From Guillardia theta CCMP2712 (taxonomy: Eukaryota > Protista > Cryptophyta): a DNA stretch of 64,000 nt. A model generated the notes under the pieces. That model saw only the letters and a program-made list of their open reading frames with translations. It was not told the origin of the DNA and did no database searches. The stretch lies in the NCBI RefSeq assembly GCF_000315625.1, contig NW_005434602.1:243848-307847 (forward strand). The letters are read 5' to 3'. Both the position numbers and the translations under genes were made by a program. Of this stretch, positions 11,601 to 23,600 are shown piece by piece (within the stretch, counting starts at the first letter, position 1; the number at the start of each line of letters is the position of its first letter).

Positions 11601-14600
11601 AAGCGTTCATCCAGCGCCTCTGCAACTTGGTGCGCGGATCGACTCCCGTGCAGTCGTCTCTGGACAGCACGACCAAGTCAGTACAGTAGTGAAGGGCCCC
11701 GGACAGGAACTGCATGCCAACGATGCTGAGGACGACGAATAGCAGGAGAGACATGGACACGATGGACAGGAGCGGCCATAGGGATTCACGGAGGGTTAGG
11801 ATGAGAATCCTAGCTCCTCTTGTCCTCAGAGTAATCTTGAGCGCTTTGACTGCTCGGAAGATTCTCAAGACTTTTGTGATCTTGAGCGTCTGGTTGGCCT
11901 GCCGGTTGTTCAAGGCGGAGAAGCTGAGAAACATCTCGACGAAGGATGAGAGGACGACGAAACAATCCTGACAGCAGAGTCAAGTCAGACAAGACGACTC
12001 GCGCTTGTGAGCTCACCAGGAGATACCAATGATTGGTGAAGTACGTCTTGAACCCAATGGCAACGAGCCGGATGCACATTTCAAGGAGGAAGACGAAGTT
12101 GAAACAGATGTTCTGCAAGCTCAGTCAGAAGGAGGGTGAATGGGAGGAGCAAGCTAACGATGTCCTGAAGCAGCTTCGCTTGCTTGCTCGTCATGCTAGG
12201 ACGGTCGAGCAGCACCACGATGCAGCTGGCGAGGATGACAAGGTTGATCAGGATGTCGAAGAAGCGGGACTGAATCACTTTCACCGCCGTGTGCCTGACT
12301 GTGCTTGACCTTCCGAAGCAGAAGCAGGTCGTTTCAGTGAGCACTCCCGCCTTGAGCACAGCGATCTGCGACTGGATCCGCTCCACCAGCTTACTCATTC
12401 TCTGCATCTCGAGGCGGTAGAAGGCGGTATCCTCAGGCCTCTCTAGGCTCTCCTCCAGCTTTGCCACGTCATTGAGCGTCAGATGGACATGCTCGTTCTT
12501 CTCAGCTGCCGCCAACCGCTCCTTCAATACCCTCCTGGCCCACTCGCCATGGAGGTGCGTGTTGTCTGCAGCTCCAGCTTCTCCAGTAGCTGGGGCCGTC
12601 AGCGGGAAAGGAGCGACCAGGTCGTCTCGCTCCAGAAGGTACATGACTTGCCCCATGCGATACGACTTCTTGGCCATCTCGATCTCCCTGCGGAGTTCAG
12701 TGCGTTTAAGGATGACGGTCTCTCGTGCCTTCATCAGGTGAATCCTTGCCTCGATCTTTCGGATCACCCCCTGCAGATTCTGATAGGACACAGGTGAGCG
12801 TCAGCTGGAGAAAAACGACCAGGGCGACCAACCTGAACGAGGTGGGCCGTGAGCTCGGAAGCTCGTAGCGTCTGCTGGAGTTCGTACTCGGTCTGCAGCT
12901 CGTGGGTCCCCTCCTGCTCTTTGATGACTTCAGTGATCTCTTGGCTTGACAGGTGCTGCTCCATCTCATGCCCGAGGAGGCGAGTCGTGTCGTAGACGAC
13001 TCGAAACCCTAGGTGTACGTCCAGGTCAACAATCACCCCCTTGACATACAGCTTCGTCCTATAGTCAAACTCTCTTGCCGTGCCCCCTCCCTCCTTGTCT
13101 GCCCCGACCGGCTTCGCCAATTTCATGACGTAGTTGATGTCCTTCCAGATGGTCGTGCCGAAGAAACTCGTCTGTGAAGGCTCCTGCTTGCCCTTTGCTG
13201 GCAACTTGCTGGGAGGAGGCAGTCGCTTCCTGCGCCATCCTGACAAGAGTCGCCACAGGAGGCCAAAGATTCCTATTCTCAGCTCCTGCCTCGGCTGCTT
13301 TCCTACCCTCGGCATTCTCTCAAAGAAGTCATCTTCGAACCTGAAGTTGTAGTCTTTCCTAAAGGACACGATAATGACAGCTGGGCAGAAGTTCAGCGCG
13401 TCAATCGAGCATGCTCACGGACTTACCGACGAAGAGGTTGAAGAGGACGAGGCCTCCCAGCAGGACGAGGCTGTAGAAGTAGAGGACAGAGATGTTCTGT
13501 CCAGTCCCATTGACTGCATTCGTCATGATCTCAGGCCAGCTCGAACCCCCCAGGATCTGGAATACGCTGACTAGACTTGACAGGAGGGTGTCAAAGTTTG
13601 AGCGGGGGGAGATCCCGATGATGGAGGGGGACGGGAGCAGCTGGTCAACGGATTTGGCAGCCCAGCTCCTGCTCAGCTCCTTGTGGCCAGGGCTGAAGCC
13701 TGTGACGATTGAGATCAGCCAGGGGTTGGCGGCATGCTGGAGGAAGTCGATGTCAAGGACTATCGCCGGTCGCACGAGCTTCTCCGCCGGGATATAGGCG
13801 AACACTCGCGAACCCAACCTTGGATCCGCGTCCTGCTGGGAGAATCTGATGATCAGCTTCCCTCCGAAGAGCGAGCTGCCGAGGATCGTGAAGATCATCA
13901 GGAACAGGCAGAGGAGGAGGAAGGCGCCTCCCACCTCCCCCAGCATCTGCACGGCGGTGTACATCTGCCTTTGAAAGTTGGGGAACGCTCGGAGCAGCTT
14001 CACGAGACGGAGGAGGCGCAACACGCGGAGGAAGGCGAAGTTTGTGCTCTCCTGACAGGTTTCAATGTCCAGCTTCCTCAGTTTGCACTGCAAGCTGGCT
14101 ATCACCGCGCTCAGCTCGGCTACGTTGACGATGACGATGAAGCTGTCAAACCAGTTCTCCTTGAGCGTGAAGTATTGCCTCCATCCATACCCCCAAATCT
14201 TCAGCAGCATCTCCAAGGCGAAGTAGAGGGCAACCCCAGCGTTCACCCCGTCAAGGCCCGCGGAGAACTTGGCGTACTGCGCGGGAGACTTCCAAGCTTG
14301 ACCGACTTGGGAGTCCGGGGAGTGATCGAGCATCATACTGATGGTGTTGAGCGCGACGACGGTAGTGGAGATGTCTTCGAGGACTTTTGACCTTGCGAAC
14401 TTCTTGCAACGTTTCTTGAAGGCCTTGGACCACAACGCAAGATCGTGAGCCATTAGGATGATTGGCACGAACTTGATCGCCCACTGAGGGAGAGCCTTAG
14501 TGAGATGCACTTCATATGAGTCCTTCTTCGCCTCGCGAGACGTCCTCATCCTGACCTCTTCCTCATCCACGCCCCCCAACATCTCGATATCCTTAGAGAA

Positions 14601-16566
14601 TGATCGCGCAGAGTTCATGTACGTGTGATTCCAAGCGTTCCATGCCTTTGAAAACTGAATGTTGTACCATCTCAGCAGCACCACCCGGATCCTTTTCCTC
14701 CCTTCCTCCCTCTCAGTCTGCCGTGCAAAGTGATCCCGAAGCCTCTTGTCTCGAGCAAGGAAGTGCGACTTCCACGTTGCAAACGGCCGAGCGCTCTTGT
14801 CAAGGAGTTTCCATTTGCAGACAACTTGAGCAAGACGATAGTTGTGAAGTTTCTTGTCCACATTGAACAAACAGTTGGCTAGCACAGCCTTAAACAGGTG
14901 CATCGCATACCACGGGCCAATCAAGACCATGATGACAAAGAAGAAGACGAAGACGGTAGAGTAACCGTCCAGTACATCATACATGATGTCTGACCATCCC
15001 TCGAGCATCATGATCTGATCGAAGGACTGCGTCAAAAGAAGGAATTTGAACTTTCTCCTCACCTGGATTCCAGCCATCAGGCCTCTCCCGATGTTGTCAA
15101 AGTTTGACAAGCCATGGAGTGGCTTGGGGAAGAGAGAGATGCATTCTGTTGAGACAGTCAGTGAGGAAGGTCGAGAGTGGGAATTGATGTCTCACCATAT
15201 CCAGAAGGACATTGTGCAGGAGAAGGCATGTAAGAAGCAGCAGCGCTTTGACATATAAAGCCATTCATGATCACGCCATCCTCTATAGAGTAGCAGCGAT
15301 TGCGAAACACCCCGGCGAAAAGTTGGACGCCAGCGATGGAAGCGACGAGACAGATGAAGGAGACGATGAACAAGGTGTTGAGAACATCCGAGAAGCTCTG
15401 AAGCAACACCTCCACACATGACTTCAACCACACAAACCTCTTGATTGCTCTCAGTGGCCTCAGCACCCTCAGTGCACGCAGAGCAAGCAGGTTGGCTCCA
15501 GAGCTGCTGACAAACTCCAGCATGCCAACGCTAAGGATGAAGGCGTCCAGGATGTTCCAGAAGGAGAGCAGGTACGCGTTCTTACCGAAGATCAGACCAT
15601 GAGCAATGATCTCTAGGACGGCTTCGAACAAGAAGAGAATGGTGAAAGATTTTGACGCCAATTCAACCCTGTCTCGGAACGGCGAGACAGGCTGCAGTTG
15701 TGGGGTGCTCAAGGGGTCTGTGAGGGTCAGCAAGAAGGAGCTTGCGAACACGCACATGATGATCAGCAGCTTCCAGAAGGAGCTCTCAATGATGAGGATG
15801 CACAGTCTTCTCAGCTTCGCATTAAGGGGTAGCATCAGGAGCGACAGCTTGCTGTATTTCTCTGGGTCAGGCCACTGGTACAGGATGCGAACCACTCGTT
15901 TCCCTCCTCTCATAACTCGGAGGGTGACGCTCTCCATCTCTACTGCCAGCTTCCTCTGAAAGTTGCGAATGGGGCTGGGTGTCCCTGAAATGGCTCCAGC
16001 AGCTCTGTGGTGGAATGATTTCTTCACCCTCCTGTGAAATCCAAGGTGCACACTGGTTCCCAACGGCCCTTCAATCCTTTCCCTCACGGATTCCCACGGC
16101 AACCCTGCCAAGGTGGTTTACTCAAGAGAGAAAGACAGTCGTCAACCAGCACACCTTCAACACCATGCCCTTCAACTGCGACTAGCTTGTCTCCCTTGCG
16201 AAGAATTCCCTGATCTGATGGCCCACCGTCGTCCACGCTGAGGACGATGATCTCCGTCTTCTTCCCTTCGTTTCTTTCGGCTTTCCTTATCCAGAAGTAT
16301 ACGCCGATCCCCGTTCTAGGGACTGTCTCTTCGAATTGAATGTAGTGTATCTCCTGCGTCATGGTGTAGAGCGACTCGCAATGGACAACTTCTCCGAGCT
16401 TAAACCCTTCTCCCAGCATCTGATCAGATTCCTCGCGATCCCTTCGTCTTCCTCTAGCACTTTGACGTGTGTGTATGTTCCTTCTATAGCTCACCAGCTT
16501 CACAGGCTCCTCCTCCTCCTCCTCCTCCTCCTTCTCCAGATGCTTGTTGGGACCTTTGCCCATCAT
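8626..16566 (-). CDS. Four-domain voltage-gated Ca2+/Na+ channel alpha-subunit family protein with N-terminal PDZ, multi-exon
   Basis: Four S4 segments: LRALRVLRPLRAIKR, LRVLRLLRLVKLLR, TKVLRIFRAVKALK, LRILRIFRVLRILK. Four pore loops: NFDNIG..MLEGW, NFDT..QILGGSSW, NFDWIG..TQDQW, NFQN..STGETW. S6 motifs such as LFNLFVG and LLLNIVLAVL. The ORF pieces are separated by short introns. Confidence 0.9.
8833..9228 (-). repeat. 33-bp tandem repeat x12 encoding (SSYDRVPEVER)n in the channel C-terminal exon
   Basis: Unit cataagacgatctctcaacctcgggtactcgat repeated without spacers. Confidence 0.95.
9580..9629. repeat. (CAT/CGT)n microsatellite inside channel intron 9550-9645
   Basis: On the minus strand AAG|GTATAC ... 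TTGCCAG|GTG AAA joins the 9628-10347 and 8626-9549 frames in phase 0. Confidence 0.75.
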
Positions 16567-16957
16567 GCCCAATCGCGCAGTCAAAGTTGAAAAGCTTGAT
16601 TTGATTTTCAAACCTCAATATTCAATACGCAATATTGGTATTTCAAAACTCCCAGGCGAATTTCAGTTATGTAAGGCTCACCGGGCCCGGCTCAGTTAGG
16701 CTCGGAGGGAGCAAACAAACTTTCTGGGAGGAACTTGACTGACCGGGGGTAACCCTACAAACCCGCCTCAACAGAATTTAGGCTAGAAAGGAGGAGCGGC
16801 AGCCTGAGCGAAACTCGGACGGTCCGAGATATAAGTTCTGTTGTGTTACTGAGAGATTTAAGTTCTCAGTGCAGTGCACTGCAGGGTTCCCGCCTCCGGG
16901 GCCGGGTCCGGTGCCAACTGTAGCCAAGGACGATGGATAACCAGTTGTCCCTTCGCA

Positions 16958-17863
16958 ATGGCTCGAGCTGTGTTGAAGGTAGCTGCCATGGTAGCGCTAC
17001 TGGTGGGTGTGGCCATGGCCTCAAAGGAAGAAGAGAGGCTCATGGCAGAAGAGAGTAGGGTAAAGCAGGTCACTGAAGCCAGCAGAATCGCCGCTGCACA
17101 GCAGGCGTCCAAGTTCGACGCAGAGATGGCCCGAATGAACGACGCGATCTTTCCTCATCAACACCATGAAAAGCAATGGCACCACGTGAGCTCCAGCGAG
17201 ATGCAACAGCACTATAAGCAAGTAGCTGATGCAACTGCTGCTGTGGAGAACACAGACAAGTCTTATGCTAAGGTGGCGAGCCATCATGCTGTACAGCATC
17301 CCGAAGCTGCTGCCGCCAAGGTCCCAGCGCACAAGCAGCATCATTTCCTTGCTTCTCATGACAAGGCCGCTGTTGCAAAGCAAGCGGATGAAGAATTGCA
17401 GCGCATTGAGAAGGTGACTGAATCTGCCTTCCCCAATGAGCAGGGCAAGCATGGTCAGCAGGAGACTGCGAAGGAGATGGAGGCGAGGAGGGAGCAGGAG
17501 GTGGAGTCGACACTCCCTGCCCGCTTCAAGGAACAGGCCAAGCAAGCAAGACACGAGCTCAATGCAAAGCTGGAAGAGATTCGCAATGCCAGGAAGAGTG
17601 TGAATGCTGCAGGGAAGTGGAGGCACTTGGCATCTCGCCGTATCCAGAAGATGCATCAAGCTCACCGTCTCTTGGCTCGTTCAGTCGCCCACCAGAATCA
17701 TCAGGCTGCCCCTTCTCACCAGAAGCCCATGTCAAGTGATGAGGAGATTGGAGCAGCAGGCACAGATGTTGTCTTCTTGGGAGCTCACCAGGCTGGATAC
17801 GCCAAGCATCCAAAGCAGAACTTTCGCCGACATCACGTGACCAGGAACAAGGTGCTTGCTTAA
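16958..17863 (+). CDS. Secreted His/Ala/Gln/Lys-rich helical protein (~301 aa), intronless
   Basis: Signal peptide MARAVLKVAAMVALLVGVAMA from ATG 16958, followed by a low-complexity coiled-coil-like body. Confidence 0.75.
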   Translation: MARAVLKVAAMVALLVGVAMASKEEERLMAEESRVKQVTEASRIAAAQQASKFDAEMARMNDAIFPHQHHEKQWHHVSSSEMQQHYKQVADATAAVENTDKSYAKVASHHAVQHPEAAAAKVPAHKQHHFLASHDKAAVAKQADEELQRIEKVTESAFPNEQGKHGQQETAKEMEARREQEVESTLPARFKEQAKQARHELNAKLEEIRNARKSVNAAGKWRHLASRRIQKMHQAHRLLARSVAHQNHQAAPSHQKPMSSDEEIGAAGTDVVFLGAHQAGYAKHPKQNFRRHHVTRNKVLA

Positions 17864-18702
17864 AATAGATTGCAGGTGTAGAGGAAGCGATTTGAGTTGT
17901 CTTGACTGTACTGGCAATAGAGAAAGACAGTTCCAGTGCGCAGACGAAGTCGAGGGAAGTTGAGTAAAAGTTTGATGATTGTCATAACGCTACCCAAAAC
18001 ACAGCTGATAAACATGTTGCCCTCTGTTGCCCTCATCCTGCAACTGAAATCGGAAAATCCAGAAATTCTGACACCATTATTTGCACGTGTGTGATCACAT
18101 TCACTTCTATTCAGGGCCTGCAGACCTCAATGTGATTCAGGTCCGGTCAAAAGAAATGGTGAACCATGTCATTTGGTCAATCGGAGGAAATACAGAACAT
18201 ACTATGTTTTACTATCATGAGCGATTTGAAGAAAAACTTAAGAGATGACTCAGGTCTCGCGTTGGCTGCATCAAGAGGAGATTATTTCCAAAATGGTCAA
18301 GCAATGCCAAACCACCGCGGGTAAACGAAGCGTACTCGGCGGACAGAAGCTCATGGTCGGTTGACGGGGCGAAGCTCCTGCTGTGACAGTCTGACTTAAC
18401 ATCCATCACTTACTGACGGCGTACCTGCTTGACTGGTTGAATTGTTCCTTCTCAATCGAGTGCCCCGGCTCGAACCCACCTGCCTGCACCACCCCGCAAT
18501 AAGAAATTCTCAAGCAAAAATGCAGCAAAATGATGCAGAAAACAACTGTAACATACCAGATTCTGCTTTCTGCTGCTGACTGTGAATCTCTGAGAGAATG
18601 TCCAGCCATCGTTGATCTGAGCGATGTAAGAAATGCCTTGATAAGAGATCGCTGTTTACCTCGCCGAGTTGGGCCTCCTCGCCTCACCTGCAAGGATACA
18701 AG

Positions 18703-19677
18703 TCAGGAGAGGAGGCAAAGGACTTGAAACCAAACTGCATAATCACTAACAGCAAACACAGCACAACAAGGTTTGAAACCGCTGTTCGATGCGATGCGCT
18801 GATCATGAACTTGACTGAAAGAAAGTTCGTGTGATGAGCTGCGGAGGCTGACGTCCGGAGACCGCTTCTTGTGGGTCTCATTCGCAAAAATCTTGGTCAC
18901 ACAGAGAGGGCAGGAGGCATCCCAACCCTTTTGACGGATCCAAGACTTGAGGCAGGCCGCATGGAACATGTGTGCACACGCTAACGAAGTAACTTGAGCC
19001 CCTTCAGTCAAGTTTTCTAGGCAGATCACACAGCTCGTCTCCTCGCTTCCTCCTCTCAGGACGTAGCTGTTCAGCTCCATGTCATCGGGTACCTCTGCCC
19101 TCCTGGGTCTCCTCGTGTTTGCGGTGGGGAAGACGTGGGAGAAATTCCTTAGGCGCTCCCCGAGCTGATTGGTGACGTCTCTCCTTGACATGCGGCTAGC
19201 AGCCATCTGCCGCAGGTTGCGACTCTCAAGGACGATTTCTTGCATGGCTGCTCCGCGGGCTTGAAGCATCTCGTGCAGCTCTGACATCTCGGCGCGTAGA
19301 GATGTCACTGGAAGCGAATCTGCCATCAGGTCTCTCGACCTCGGATGACGAAGGTCAACCCCCGCTAAAGCCGCGCTCTGAGCATGGGAAAATGATGCCA
19401 TCCTAAAGTCAATGGTTAAAGGAAGGAAGATGGACGAAAGAAAAGATGTCGTGATTGCGAGGACGAGGAAAGTAAAGGAGATAAGATTACAGTAGGGCAG
19501 GGAAATCAGGGCAGCACCAGGTTGGATGAAGAGGGAAGAGGAAGATAGGAGGAAGGGAGGGCGGAGGGGATAAGAGGGAGGGAGGGAGGAGAGGATAGGA
19601 GATGGACGATCAAGGAAGCGACAGCTGCAGCGCATGACCTTGCCTCCAGCGACCTTGCTCGCTCCACCACCGACATG
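18703..19677 (-). CDS. RING-H2 zinc-finger protein (putative E3 ubiquitin ligase), spliced
   Basis: CVICLENLTEGAQVTSLACAHMFHAACLKSWIRQKGWDASCPLC. Probable first exon from ATG 19677 with a pyrimidine-rich intron ending near 19403. Both ends uncertain. Confidence 0.8.
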   Translation of the reverse strand, partial: HVGGGASKVAGGKVMRCSCRFLDRPSPILSSLPPSYPLRPPFLLSSSSLFIQPGAALISLPYCNLISFTFLVLAITTSFLSSIFLPLTIDFRMASFSHAQSAALAGVDLRHPRSRDLMADSLPVTSLRAEMSELHEMLQARGAAMQEIVLESRNLRQMAASRMSRRDVTNQLGERLRNFSHVFPTANTRRPRRAEVPDDMELNSYVLRGGSEETSCVICLENLTEGAQVTSLACAHMFHAACLKSWIRQKGWDASCPLCVTKIFANETHKKRSPDVSLRSSSHELSFSQVHDQRIASNSGFKPCCAVFAVSDYAVWFQVLCLLS

Positions 19678-20610
19678 GTGTAGCCGTTCAACTCCCAGCC
19701 CCGAAGGGCAGCAAATTTGTGATTAAGATCCATTTGCACTGTCACTGAAATTCATTCAACGGCTAGTATCACGGTGGGGGGGGCGTACGGTATCACTCTG
19801 ATGTTAGTAAAAACATTCAGTGTGTGACTTGCGCCCTGCCGGGCATGATACAGGCTTGAACGGAGTCCGAGCCGGGGCCCCGCTCACTCACGTCGGACTC
19901 GGACTCGGCCGTCCGGCGTCTCTGCCGGCCTGGGGCAAGTTGTGTCGGAACGGCCCCTTCCGACTGCGGTAGGCTCAGCTCGGAACTGCGGCACTCCCGG
20001 AAGGGCCTGCCCTCGGACTCGGAACGGAGTCAACGGACTGGTCAACCGGGACGGATACTTCGGGAGCCTCGAGTCCGGGTTGGCCCGGCCGGAGCGGCCC
20101 GGGCCGGCGCGGCGCGGCCCGGGGCCCGGGGCCCGGGCGACTCGCCGCACTGCGGCAGTGTCGGGCGGCGGTTGGAGCGGCACGAGAGTCCTCCGAGTGC
20201 TGGAAACCACGGGTATTCCGCACGGAATCGGTAGGGTAGGGTAGGGGGAGTCCGAACCTGAAGCTAGGAATCGGAGGTAGGGTGGTGCATGGATATCTGT
20301 AGTGGTTGGAGAGAAGGTGGTCCTCTAGGAGGGGGGTGGGGTAAACACCACCGTTTTAGAACCCTGCAGTACGGGTACTTCTAGCAAGCCACGAACTAGT
20401 AAGGGTAGGGGTGATAAAACCAGGGGTGCCCAAATCTGAAGGAATTTGGAAATGGCGGGGAAGTTCTAAGGAGTAGGAAGGCGGAAAGAGCGAGCGCGAG
20501 AGGGCAGAAAAGGAGGAGAGGAAGGTATGAAGGAAAGCCATTGATATCTCTTGGACATGCGCTGCTCTTTGTGACCCCACTTAGTCCATCATTGCTTGCG
20601 TTCGAGAGCC

Positions 20611-23600
20611 ATGCAGCGAGAAAACATCATCACGGTATTGCGTAGAAGGGGCATCGACTTGCCGCCATCCAATGTCAACATACATTCTGACAAGGAATTC
20701 ATCACGATGGCCGTAAGTCTGGATGGTCTCGCGCTTGAGTTTGCAACCTCTGAGTTGAAAGACGATGAAGACATTGTATTCACAGCAGTCGAACAGAACG
20801 GCATCGCGCTGGAATACGCAGGCGAGGCATCGAAGTCTGACAAGCGTATCGTTCTTGCGGCAGTGAAGAAAGATGGTCTTGCATTGCAGTATGCGCATGA
20901 TGCCTTGAGGGCAGATGTCGAGGTTGTGACGGCAGCAGTGAAGCAGGATTGCCGTGCTTTAGAATTTGCTAGCGATGCGCTCAAATCAAACAAAGAGCTT
21001 GTTATGGTGGCCATTCGACAAGACGGTGAGACCTTGTGCCATGCAAGCGAAACCTTGAAGTCAGACATGGAAGTAGCTCTCGCTGCTGTACAACAAGATG
21101 GAAGAGCTTTGTTCCACGTAGGAGACGACATGAAATCCAACAGGGAGATAGTGATAGCAGCAACACGGCGCTGCGGTTATTTTTTGGAGTATGCAAGCGA
21201 AGAGATGCGAGCAGATAGAGAGATCGCTCTGTTAGCTGTCCGCCAAGACAGCAGGGCACTAGAATTCCTCAGCGAGGAGTTGAAAGCTGATCGTGAAGTA
21301 GTTTCTCTGGCGGTCAACCAGGACGGATGGGCTGTGGAGTATGTTTCAGATATGCTCAAGGCGGACAAGGACCTGATGATAATGGCTGTGAAGAAGATGG
21401 GGATTGCACTTATGCATGTAAGCGACGAGTTGAAGGCTGACAAAGACTTGGTTCTGGCGGCAGTCAGCAATGACGGCCGAGCGTTAGAATACGCTAGTGA
21501 AAATTTGAAGGGGGACAGAGAAGTCGTGATGACAGCAGTTCGACAGAACGGGGCAGCACTAGAATATGCGAATGAAGAGCTCCGGGATGATAGAGCCATG
21601 GTTATTGCAGCATTGAGGAATGACGGCAACGCCCTGGAACACGCAGGGGACCTATTGAAGAATGACAGGAACTTAGTTCTATTCAGCATACGTGCTAACG
21701 GTATGTCCCTGGAGTTTGCTAGCGAGGATCTGGTCGACGACTTTGAAGTAGTCCTTGCAGCTGTGCAAGATTATGGGCGAGCTTTGGAATATGCCAGCCA
21801 GAATCTGAGGGGAAATAGAGAAATCGTGCTCGTTGCAGTCCGAAGGGACGGGTTTAGTCTAGAATTTGCAAGTGAAGAGCTCCAGAATGATTTGGAGATT
21901 GTTGAAACGGCAATAATGCAAAGTGGGAGGTCACTTGAATATGTGTCAGATGAGCTCAGGTCAAATAGGGAAATCGTTCTCAAGGCTGTACGGCAAGATG
22001 GCAACGCTCTTGAATTTGCGTCGGACGAGCTTCAAGCGGATCGAGATATTGTTTTGACAAGTGTAAGAAGGTGTGGGACGGCACTGGAACACGCCAGCGA
22101 AGAGATTCAGCGTGACAAGGAAGTTGTTCTTGCAGCGATCAGGCAATCGAGCTGGTCCCTTGAGTCGGTCTGTTATGAGCTCAGATCGGATCGCGACATT
22201 ATCAATGCAGCTGTCATTTCCGGCGATTGGGCTCTGCGGTATGCAAGTATTGAATTGCGTTCGGACAAACAAATTGTGTTGAGGGCATTAGAGAAGAATG
22301 GTTGTGCGTTGGAGTACGTGGGCAATAGACTCAAATCAGATTATGACGTTGTGATGGCTGCAGTGCGACAGGACGGAAGAGCATTGCAATATGCGTCTGA
22401 CGAACTGCGAGACGACGAGACGATCATCTTGTCTGCTGTGCGACAGGATGGATATGCTCTGGTGCATGCGAGCGATCGATGTCGGGCAATGAAGAAACTG
22501 GTTTTGAATGCTGTCGAACAAAATGGCTGTGCACTTGAGTTTGTTGGCAAACCCCTCATTCATGATGCTGAAGTTGTATGGAAAGCAATCAACCAAGATA
22601 GCAGTGCACTTCGTCATGCGAGCAATGAGTTTCACAACGATCCAACTCTGGTGAAGGCAGCCTTATCCAAGAATGGACATGTGCTCGACTACGTGAATAG
22701 TGACCTCCGATTTGATCGTGACATCATTCTTACTGCGGTCAACAACGATGGATCTGCCTTAAGATATGTGGACCCCAAGTATCGAAACGATTTCGACATC
22801 GTTTTGGCTGCTGTCAAGAAGAACGGAACTGCAGTCAAGTACGCTAGCAACGAGCTTCTGCAAAACAAGGATATTTTGCTTGCCGCGGTCTCTAACGAAG
22901 GGATGGCGTTGGAATTCGCCAGCAACAGTTTCAAGCGCGACAAAGATGTGGTGATTGCGGCTGTGCAGAACGATGGGATGTCATTGATCTGGGCAGACGA
23001 GCAGCTGCAGAGTGACCGAGAAGTCGTTATGGCTGCGGTGAAACAGAATGGAAGGTCCCTAGAGTACGCAAGTAGGGAATTGAGGGCGGACAAGTCGATA
23101 GTTCTTGTTGCCTTGCTGCATGATGGACGTGTTCTCAATTATCTTGACGGAGATAGTCAACTTTGTGAAGACAAGGAAGTCGTGCTCAACGCTGTCATGC
23201 AATCTGGCCAGGCGTTGCAGTACTGCAATGCTACTGTAAGAGACATCGAAGACATTGTGTTTGCTGCAGTCCACGAGAGCGGCGAGGCTCTTGAATTTGC
23301 TAGTCCAAGGATGAAGGCATGTAAGAGAGTTGTGATGTCTGCTGTTCAAAACAACGGCTTTTCGCTCGAGTTTGCTGATTCAAGTTTGAAGAATGACAGA
23401 GAGATTGTGATGAGTGCCGTCCGCTTCGCGGGAACTTCGTTGCGATTCGCATCGCCGAGCCTTCGGAGCGACAGGAGTGTGGTGATGGAGGCTGTTCAGC
23501 AGGATGGGTTGTCCCTAGAGTTTGCTGGTGAAGGCTTGAGAGAAGACGTGAAGCTCGTCCTGCAAGCTGTCAAGAACAATGGGCTGGCGTTGGAGTATGC

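Noticed and set aside
20229-20250. GGGTA repeats as interstitial telomere
   Set aside because: Only about three units, not TTAGGG/TTTAGGG. Part of the general GGGT promoter-tract pattern.
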